A stretch of DNA of 34,639 bases from Dehalococcoidia bacterium. Lineage in GTDB: Bacteria > Chloroflexota > Dehalococcoidia > GIF9 > AB-539-J10. The notes under the pieces are model-generated. The model was not told the DNA's origin, ran no database searches, and was given only the letters and a program-made list of their open reading frames with translations. Shown in pieces: positions 10,334 to 16,884 of this stretch; positions within the stretch are counted from its first letter, which is position 1, and each line of letters begins with the position of its first letter. The position numbers and the translations under genes were made by a program. The DNA lies in NCBI GenBank assembly GCA_030603265.1, contig JAUVYD010000001.1:1-34639 (forward strand). The letters are read 5' to 3'.

Positions 10334-11898
10334 GAATCTGCACTGTTCAGGAGATGAGAGAGCTTGATAGACGTGCGGTTGAGGAGTTCGGCCTTTCTGA
10401 GGACATCCTCATGGAGAACGCGGGCCAGGCGGTGTACGAGGTCGCGAAGGCGGAATTCGGCACGGAGGGAAGGCGCTTCGTTGTGCTCTGTGGTGGAGGC
10501 AACAACGGCGGCGACGGACTGGTCGTTGCACGGAAGTTGCACTCGGTGGGTGCCGAAGTCAGGGTCTATCTATTGGCCGACGAGGACTCGCTTCACGGGG
10601 CGGCGCGCAGAAATCTGGAGGCCGCGATGCGCGCGGGCATTCCTCTGCAGCGACTTCGCACAGTCGAGGACCTCTATCTGGGCAGGTCGGGAGATGTTCT
10701 CATTGATGCCATCTTCGGGACGGGGCTCTCGCGAAGCCCCGAGGGCCTGCACAGGGAAGTGATTGAACGCGTCAATGCGTTCAACCAGCCGATTCTGAGC
10801 GTGGACATTCCGTCCGGAGTCAATGGAGACACGGGTGCGGTGCCGGACATCGCAGTGCGGGCGACGTGTACGGTTACCTTTGGCGTGCCGAAAAGGGGAA
10901 ACCTGCTGCAACCCGGGCGGGAACTGTCGGGAAGGCTATACGTGTCGCACATCTCGTTCCCGCCGTCACTCCACTGTGCCGACAGCCAGGTTGTCACGAA
11001 TCGTCTCAGCTCCCTGTCTCCCAGGCAGGCTAAGTGCCACAAGGGCGACTTCGGTGACGTCCTGTTCGTCGCTGGTGCACGGGCCTACCTGGGTGCTCCG
11101 CTCTTCGCCTCGATGTCATTCCTGAAGGCTGGCGGAGGATACGCGCGACTCGCTACGCCTGTGTCAATCGCCCCTTTGCTGGCGTCCCGGGCGAGCGAGG
11201 TGGTCATGGTTCCTCTTCAAGAGACGGCCGATGGAAGTATTGCCCTCTCGAACCTCGATGAATTGTGTGCCCTCGCAGACAACGTCGACATGGTCGTTGT
11301 CGGCCCGGGCGTATCCCTCAACGGGGAAACACAGGAGCTTGTCAGAGGGCTTGTCTCTCGCGTCACGAAGCCCATCCTTGTTGATGGTGACGGCCTCACT
11401 GCCATAGCATCTGATGGGGAGATGGTCCGGCGGCGCGAGGCCCCCGTGGTGCTCACGCCCCACGCCGGCGAGATGTCTCGACTGCTCGGCGTCTCCGTAG
11501 CAGCGGTGGCGCAGGACAGAATCGCGGCGGTACAGGATGCCTCCCGCAGGCTGAATGCAGTGGTCCTGCTGAAGGGCTCGAGCTCTCTTGTCGCTGAGCC
11601 GGATGGCCCCGTGTCAGTCAATCTCAGCGGGAATCCGGGCATGGCAACCGCCGGCAGCGGGGATGTGCTCGCCGGGACGATTGCGGCGCTGCACGGACTG
11701 GGGCTAGGCCTCCGAGAGGCCGCAGAAGTCGGCGCATTCATACATGGCCTGGCGGGTGACCTCGCGGCTGAGGCAAAGGGGCAGGATGGTGTTGTCGCCG
11801 GTGACATCATGGAGCACCTGCCGCGCGCGATGCGACTCTACCGGGAGAGATTCCGTGAGCTGGAACGAAACTTCTGTGGGAGACTGGTCGTTATATAG
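10330..11898 (+). CDS. nnr: Bifunctional NAD(P)H-hydrate repair enzyme Nnr (epimerase + ADP-dependent dehydratase; YjeF)
   Basis: N-terminal YjeF_N domain (VLCGGGNNGGDGLVVAR..DAIFGTGL). C-terminal carbohydrate-kinase-like dehydratase domain (KGDFG..TPHAGE..GNPGMATAGSGDVLAG). The ATG at 10330 follows GGAGGTG and forms an ATGA overlap with the yhhQ stop. Confidence 0.9.
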   Translation: MRICTVQEMRELDRRAVEEFGLSEDILMENAGQAVYEVAKAEFGTEGRRFVVLCGGGNNGGDGLVVARKLHSVGAEVRVYLLADEDSLHGAARRNLEAAMRAGIPLQRLRTVEDLYLGRSGDVLIDAIFGTGLSRSPEGLHREVIERVNAFNQPILSVDIPSGVNGDTGAVPDIAVRATCTVTFGVPKRGNLLQPGRELSGRLYVSHISFPPSLHCADSQVVTNRLSSLSPRQAKCHKGDFGDVLFVAGARAYLGAPLFASMSFLKAGGGYARLATPVSIAPLLASRASEVVMVPLQETADGSIALSNLDELCALADNVDMVVVGPGVSLNGETQELVRGLVSRVTKPILVDGDGLTAIASDGEMVRRREAPVVLTPHAGEMSRLLGVSVAAVAQDRIAAVQDASRRLNAVVLLKGSSSLVAEPDGPVSVNLSGNPGMATAGSGDVLAGTIAALHGLGLGLREAAEVGAFIHGLAGDLAAEAKGQDGVVAGDIMEHLPRAMRLYRERFRELERNFCGRLVVI

Positions 11899-12190
11899 CA
11901 AGAGAGACGTGCTGGTGGGTGTGGAAGAGGACGAGGAAGGGCACTCTGGACTTGCTCGAGCGCGGTCTCGTGGTCGATTATGTGATCATGTGGCTGTGGA
12001 AGAAGGGGCTGCCAGGTCCGCGTGTGGAGGACTGCGGTGTGGGTGGGGCTGTGTCCTGGCATGCCATGTGCTTCGGGGTGCAATCCAGGGCCTTCGCCCT
12101 CCTGTCGGGCACAGCCATGTGTGGTGGCTGTCAGAGGAAGGATGCTGTGATGGAGCAGGCAGTCCCGTTCCGGCGTTCTTTGCACGTGCG

Positions 12191-12219
12191 TTGACATTCG
12201 TGAAGGAGGGAACTAGAAT
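12191..12219 (+). promoter_or_regulatory. Near-consensus sigma70-type promoter abutting the tubulin-like gene start
   Basis: TTGACA (12191-12196), a 17-nt spacer, then TAGAAT (12214-12219). The ATG at 12226 begins 7 nt after the -10. Confidence 0.55.
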
Positions 12220-12225
12220 AACGCC

Positions 12226-13398
12226 ATGAAGCTGCTGGTAATAGGACTTGGACAGTGTGGCGGGCGGATTGCTGACAGATTCGCTCGCTTGAACAAGAGA
12301 GGACATGCTCTCCGTGGGATGGACACCCTCGCCGGAGTTTTCGCAGTCAACACGGATGTTGCGGATCTCAGCGGACTGCGCACAATCAGACCTGACTACA
12401 AGCACCGCATACTCATCGGTGCGCAACGTACGAACGGCCATGGCGTGGGAAAGATCAGCGAACTGGGTGCCGAGATAGCGAACGAAGACGTCGACAAGAT
12501 AATTGACGCGATTCGTACGGCCGAAGGATTCTACGAGACTGACGCGTTCCTGCTGTGCGCCGGGGCTGCGGGTGGTACAGGGTCTGGCGCGATAGGGGTG
12601 CTGACCAAGCATCTGAAGGAGCGGTATATCGGGAAGCCTGTCTATGACGTGGTGGTCCTGCCGTTCCGCCAGGAGGAGACCACTGAGACCAGGACCATCT
12701 ACAACACGGCAACGTGCTTGAAGTCAACGTACCTGGTCGCTGACGCCGTCTTCCTGATTGACAATCAGCGTTACGTGAAGAAGGATTCCCCCGCCGAGAA
12801 CAACCTGAACACGATCAATGCGAAAGTCGCGGAGCCGTTCTATAACATGCTGTGCGCGGGCGAGGAGACCAAGAGCCGCTTCGTTGGCTCCAAGACACTC
12901 GATGCCGGAGACATCATCCAGACTCTCACCGGATGGACGGTCATTGGAGGTGGCATGTCGAGGCTGGAGCGGCGACTGCCGTTCTGTGGGCCGAAGCGCG
13001 ACTTCCGTGACAAGATGATTGAAACCAGCCGGGCCTCGCATGCGATGGATCAAGCCATAAGCGAGCTGTCAATGACGATTGACCCGAGTGATGTGGGAAG
13101 GGCTCTCTATCTCCTCACGGCCCCTGCCAAGGAGATGAGTATGGACATTCTCAAGCAGCTTGGAGACAACCTCAAGAGCCTTGCGCCAAACTCCCTCATC
13201 CGGAGTGGTGACTACCCGCGTGATAGTCGCCAGGTTGATGTCACGCTCATCATGTCAGAGATTGGCAGCATTCGTAAGATAACTGACTACTTCACCAAGG
13301 CGATTGATCTTATCTCGGTGATGAAGGCGAAACGCGGGCTTGGCTATCAGACGAGAAGGCTCGAGGAGTCCTTCGATGAGATCCCAGTTCTGCTGTGA
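12226..13398 (+). CDS. Tubulin/FtsZ-superfamily GTPase, CetZ-like (390 aa)
   Basis: T1 loop GLGQCGG (aa 7-13, nt 12244-12264). Tubulin signature GGTGSG (aa 116-121, nt 12571-12588). LIDN (aa 177-180). T7-type loop TLDAGDIIQTL (aa 224-234). The overall N-terminal layout (MKLxxIGxGQxGG...NGHGVGxxxELGAEIAxEDVD...DAFLxxxGxxGGTGSG) matches my memory of archaeal CetZ. An in-frame TAG at 12214 fixes ATG 12226 as the first possible start. Confidence 0.85.
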   Translation: MKLLVIGLGQCGGRIADRFARLNKRGHALRGMDTLAGVFAVNTDVADLSGLRTIRPDYKHRILIGAQRTNGHGVGKISELGAEIANEDVDKIIDAIRTAEGFYETDAFLLCAGAAGGTGSGAIGVLTKHLKERYIGKPVYDVVVLPFRQEETTETRTIYNTATCLKSTYLVADAVFLIDNQRYVKKDSPAENNLNTINAKVAEPFYNMLCAGEETKSRFVGSKTLDAGDIIQTLTGWTVIGGGMSRLERRLPFCGPKRDFRDKMIETSRASHAMDQAISELSMTIDPSDVGRALYLLTAPAKEMSMDILKQLGDNLKSLAPNSLIRSGDYPRDSRQVDVTLIMSEIGSIRKITDYFTKAIDLISVMKAKRGLGYQTRRLEESFDEIPVLL

Positions 13399-13433
13399 TT
13401 GACCCTTTCTTGTTGCTCTGACACAAGAGCAGC

Positions 13434-13470
13434 AGAGAGGCCCCTGGCCGGTAGAGCCAGGGGCCTCTCT
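13434..13470. terminator. Intrinsic terminator hairpin between the convergent tubulin-like gene and the hendecad-repeat gene
   Basis: Perfect 15-bp stem AGAGAGGCCCCTGGC / GCCAGGGGCCTCTCT with a 7-nt loop, followed on the + strand by GTTTTCTTG. The tail on the minus strand is weaker in U. Confidence 0.6.
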
Positions 13471-13497
13471 GTTTTCTTGAGCCCTTCGGGTTTCTGT

Positions 13498-14076
13498 CTA
13501 CCTGCGGGCCTTCGTGAACACTGTCCAGGTGCGCGTCATGGCCTCTCCGTGTGCCTGGCGGGCCTGCTTCTCGGTTTCGTCTCTGTCTTTCAGCGACTGC
13601 GCGACGACGTCGTCATACGCTTTCTTAGCCTGGGCAACGCTGTCGTCATATGCTTTGCGGACCTGCACGAGGCTCTCGTCGAAGGCGTGTTGAGCCTGAG
13701 CCGTGCCGTCTTCCATCACTTTCCTTGCCTGTGCGAGGGAGCTCTCGTAGTGGCCCCGGGCCCGTCCTGCGGCGTCCATTGAGCTCCGCCGAGCCTTGTC
13801 GAGAGCGTCCGTGTAGCTCTTCTCGGCTTTCTGCTCCTGGTCCTTGTAGGCGTTCTCCAGTTGGCGCTCCGCCTGGACGTACGCAACATAGGCTGCTACA
13901 GCACGTTGTTGGGTTTCGTCCAGGGCATCAACCTTCATTGCCTCTTCCGTGGCGGGAGGCATCTTCGCGTCATCGGGCTGCGTCTTGGCTGCTGCCGCTA
14001 TCGGAGGCCCCTTTGCGTCATCAGTCTGCGCCTTGGGTTGTGTCGCTTTCTCGCGCGCTTCGTCTACGTTGGCCAT
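13498..14076 (-). CDS. Hendecad (11-residue) repeat alpha-helical protein, 192 aa, function unknown
   Basis: The ATG at 14076 follows AAGGAGGG at 5 nt. About eleven tandem 11-residue units occupy aa 66-187 (consensus roughly AYDDSVAQAKK). The N-terminus carries a duplicated K(A/T)Q(T/P)DDAK(G/M)PP motif. No TM segment and no signal peptide. Confidence 0.7.
   Translation of the reverse strand: MANVDEAREKATQPKAQTDDAKGPPIAAAAKTQPDDAKMPPATEEAMKVDALDETQQRAVAAYVAYVQAERQLENAYKDQEQKAEKSYTDALDKARRSSMDAAGRARGHYESSLAQARKVMEDGTAQAQHAFDESLVQVRKAYDDSVAQAKKAYDDVVAQSLKDRDETEKQARQAHGEAMTRTWTVFTKARR
13507..13884 (-). repeat. 33-nt (11-codon) periodic tandem repeat region inside the 192-aa gene
   Basis: The aromatic/hydrophobic register recurs every 11 residues: Y66, Y77, Y88, (S99), Y110, M121, F132, Y143, Y154, (R165), (H176), F187. 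Confidence 0.75.
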
Positions 14077-14175
14077 CTATGCCCTCCTTTGCAGTTGTCC
14101 TTCATCGATGTCTCTTGTGTGAGAGTGTATCACGTACTGCTGGCCGAATCCCCTGATGTGGAGGCAGCGCCGGCA

Positions 14176-15738
14176 TCATTCATCTTCCTGGCTGTCATCG
14201 GACCTCTCGAACGGCCTGTCCTTCTCTGATGCGTACATCTTCGAGAGGAACTCGAGCCGCGACCGCATGTCGCGCTTTGCGGCGTGCGGCGCTGGCTTCA
14301 GTCTCGACTCGTCCGGCTCGATTCGGCTGAGGGCCTCTTCGAATAGCTTGGAGGAGGAGGGTTCGGATGGTTCTTGGGCCTCCTGGTTGACCTTCTCCGC
14401 GCCCGCCGCGGTTTCGTCAAAGACGCGAACGGCTGCGCGAGCAGCCTTGCGAGCGGTCCTGGTGGTCTCCTCGGCCTTCTTGATGGCCTCCTGGAGAACC
14501 TTTGCTGACGCGACTACAGTGTCGCGCGCTGCGGCGATTGATGCCTCGGTGGCTTCTCTCGCGACGCGTCTCGACTCCTCTGCCGCCCGCAGTGATTCGG
14601 TGCCGTTTTCCTCGGAGCGACGTACGGCCTCTGCTGCCAGCCTCCGCGCCTCCTCCTCCGCCTCGGCAGCGAGTTTCCCGATCTCTTCAGCCCGGGCTGC
14701 CGATTCCTCGGACGCCTTCAGGGCGTCTTCCGCCAGCCTCATGGCTGCCGACGTAACCTCTTCGCTGCGTCTGACGGCCTCGCGAGACGAACGCTCCGCT
14801 TCCTCGGCCTTCCCCATGGCCTCCTGCGATGCACGAGACGCGGACTCGACCGCCTCCTTGCTTGCCCTTACCGATGTTTCGATGCGGGCGACCACTTCGT
14901 GTGACGACTTGATCTGCTGGCCGGCCTCACGCTGGCTTAGCTTCCCTGCTTCTTCCGCTCGCCGAAGGGCGGTTTCAAACGCACGGCTGGACTGCGCGGA
15001 GGACGCATTCGAGGCAGCAATTGCCTCTTCGGCCCGGGCAAGCGCCTCTTCGAACGCCGCCGAAGACAGAGCGGCTGAATCGGAGGCCGACTGGAAGACT
15101 CGCTCCGCCCTTGCGACTGCCTTCTCGGATGCCTTCTCAGCGTCTCGTGACGCCTTCTCGGACGAGCGGGCGACTCGCTCGAGTGTGATGCGGGCCTCAT
15201 AAGAGGTTTTGACGGCTTCCTCAGAGGCCCGTGTGGCCTTCTGTCCCTCTTCTTCGGCGCGCGCCACCGCTTGCTGGGCGGCACGCCGGGCTTCTTCCGC
15301 CTTCTCCTGCGCACCCTGCGCAGCCTTCTCGACCCTGCCCAGCAATTTCTGAGAGGAAGAGACTGACTCCTCTACGGAGTCCATCGTCTGGTTCGCGAGT
15401 TGCTCAAGCAGGGCGACTGCCTCTTCAAATGAGCGAGCGCTCTCCTCGGCGGCCTCAGTGGACGACTGAACGGACTGCTCGGCTGCAGCGATGGCCTCCT
15501 GAGCCCTCGAGTTGGTCTCATTCACTGACTGGCTGACGGCGGACGCCTTCTTTGCAGCGTCCTCGGCCATCTGTCGCGCCTCTTGTGCCGTGACCATCGC
15601 CTCGCGGCCGATGTTCTCGATTCTGGTGACGGCCTGTCCCGAGGCCTTGCGGGACTGCTCCGCAGCCTGGCGCGCAGCCAGGTTCATCTGTTCGGCTCTC
15701 GCTACCGCCTCTTCGAAGGATGGTGACTCGCTGTCCAT
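14176..15738 (-). CDS. Ala/Glu/Ser/Arg-rich low-complexity alpha-helical repeat protein, 520 aa, function unknown
   Basis: Long ORF with its own near-consensus promoter and a GGAAGG SD. The motif F-E-(E/T)-A-(V/L)-x-(R/L)-x-E recurs at F8, F104, F229, F254 and F466. The tail is acidic (..SDDSQEDE). The antisense 348-aa ORF is a compositional shadow. Confidence 0.7.
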   Translation of the reverse strand: MDSESPSFEEAVARAEQMNLAARQAAEQSRKASGQAVTRIENIGREAMVTAQEARQMAEDAAKKASAVSQSVNETNSRAQEAIAAAEQSVQSSTEAAEESARSFEEAVALLEQLANQTMDSVEESVSSSQKLLGRVEKAAQGAQEKAEEARRAAQQAVARAEEEGQKATRASEEAVKTSYEARITLERVARSSEKASRDAEKASEKAVARAERVFQSASDSAALSSAAFEEALARAEEAIAASNASSAQSSRAFETALRRAEEAGKLSQREAGQQIKSSHEVVARIETSVRASKEAVESASRASQEAMGKAEEAERSSREAVRRSEEVTSAAMRLAEDALKASEESAARAEEIGKLAAEAEEEARRLAAEAVRRSEENGTESLRAAEESRRVAREATEASIAAARDTVVASAKVLQEAIKKAEETTRTARKAARAAVRVFDETAAGAEKVNQEAQEPSEPSSSKLFEEALSRIEPDESRLKPAPHAAKRDMRSRLEFLSKMYASEKDRPFERSDDSQEDE

Positions 15739-15802
15739 CTATGTGTCGCCTTCCGGCAGGCGTTCAGCCATCACCGAGACGCGGCTGAACGCACGCAACG
15801 GT

Positions 15803-15831
15803 ATTGTAGTTACACTCCTCGGTATTTTCAA
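15803..15831 (-). promoter_or_regulatory. Near-consensus sigma70-type promoter for the 520-aa repeat-protein gene
   Basis: The minus strand reads TTGAAA-17 nt-TACAAT. The -35 overlaps the stop codon of the nitrilase-family gene. A 9-bp hairpin (15761-15769 / 15783-15791) lies in the predicted 5' UTR. Confidence 0.55.
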
Positions 15832-16655
15832 CGAAAAGCAGGGAGTTTTCGATTATGCAGGGCGGGCAGTCGCTCGCGGACATCGGTCAACCCGCCCAGG
15901 TCGAGCTCTGCCGAGATGATGTGTTCTCCCTCCTGCGGCGCGTGGGCGAGAACTCGACCCCATGGATCGACAATGATGCTGTTTCCGTACGTTGCTATCC
16001 CCCCTGCCCCCATCCCCGCCTGTCCCAGCGCGACCACGAAGCACTGGTTCTCGATAGCGCGCGCCCGAACCAGTATCTCCCAGTGCGCCTCTCCTGTAGG
16101 AGCCGTGAATGAGGATGGGATGAACACGAGGTCCACTCCGAAGTCGGCCAGCCGCCGATACAGTTCCGGGAACCGTATGTCGTAGCAAATGGTCAGACCC
16201 ACTCTCATCCCTGCGGCCTCGGCGCACACGACATCCGTACCTGCGGTGTAGTGGCTCGATTCGGCCACCGACCTGTCTCCAATGGTGATGTCGAACAGGT
16301 GCATCTTGCGGTACGCTGCCGCGATTCCTCCCCGGGGGTCGATCAAGACCGACGTGTTGTACGGCATGGAAGCGTCCGGGTTCTGCTCGTGGACGCTTCC
16401 AGCCAGGATCCAGACTTCGCGTTCGGCGGCAACGCGCATCAGCGGCTCAAGGGCAGTGCCCGGAAGGGGCTCCGCAATGCTGCTGAGGGTGGACGAATCG
16501 CCTCTGTAGTCGAATGTCTCGGGCAGAGCGATCAGTGTGGCTCCATTCTCTGCAGCCTTCTTCACCAGGTCCACGGCATGCTGGATGTTCTGCTGCTTGT
16601 CGGGGCCGCTCGCCATCTGGGCGATTGCCACGGTCACTCGTCTGCTGGTTGCCAC
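15828..16655 (-). CDS. Carbon-nitrogen hydrolase family protein (nitrilase superfamily, omega-amidase/Nit-like)
   Basis: Glu-Lys-Cys triad contexts: LIALPETF, YRKMHLFD, TICYDIRFPE. GTG start at 16655 follows GGAAAGGAAG. Confidence 0.85.
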   Translation of the reverse strand: MATSRRVTVAIAQMASGPDKQQNIQHAVDLVKKAAENGATLIALPETFDYRGDSSTLSSIAEPLPGTALEPLMRVAAEREVWILAGSVHEQNPDASMPYNTSVLIDPRGGIAAAYRKMHLFDITIGDRSVAESSHYTAGTDVVCAEAAGMRVGLTICYDIRFPELYRRLADFGVDLVFIPSSFTAPTGEAHWEILVRARAIENQCFVVALGQAGMGAGGIATYGNSIIVDPWGRVLAHAPQEGEHIISAELDLGGLTDVRERLPALHNRKLPAFR

Positions 16656-16845
16656 GTGTGTCTTCTTCCTTTCCCGGGACGCCTGAACAGGCGTAAGAAT
16701 GCACCGAACGCGACGACTTCCTGCGGGAGTGTCCCTCAGTCGTCGCTATCTGACAATAATACCACGAGTCCATGGCTGACGGACGGTGTGGTGTCAACAT
16801 GTACAGACAGTTCGTTCGGTCAGAACGTGAGAGAAGGTGGAGGAT

Positions 16846-16876
16846 GAGCAGGCGCGGTATGGTGCCGCGCCTGCTC
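16846..16876 (-). terminator. GC-rich hairpin 9 nt downstream of dctM (candidate terminator without a clear U-tract)
   Basis: 12-bp stem GAGCAGGCGCGG / CCGCGCCTGCTC with a 7-nt loop. The downstream tail is pyrimidine-rich but not a U-run. Confidence 0.4.
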
Positions 16877-16884
16877 ACAGGGTG

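Noticed and set aside
11919-12194. 91-codon + strand ORF (MWKRTRKGTLDLLERG...; high GC3) in the nnr/tubulin-like spacer
   Set aside because: The GTG start has no properly spaced SD, and the internal ATG has none either. The Trp/Cys/Gly-rich composition follows directly from the G/T skew of the region. No family resemblance is visible. The region is reported as a finding, not as a CDS.
14156-15202. 348-aa + strand ORF (Ser/Ala/Arg-rich) opposite the 520-aa repeat-protein gene
   Set aside because: It is a compositional shadow of the GCx/GAx-rich antisense gene. It has no SD and its start lies inside an intergenic hairpin-free region. The sequence is featureless poly-S/A. The minus-strand ORF has a promoter, an SD and motif structure.
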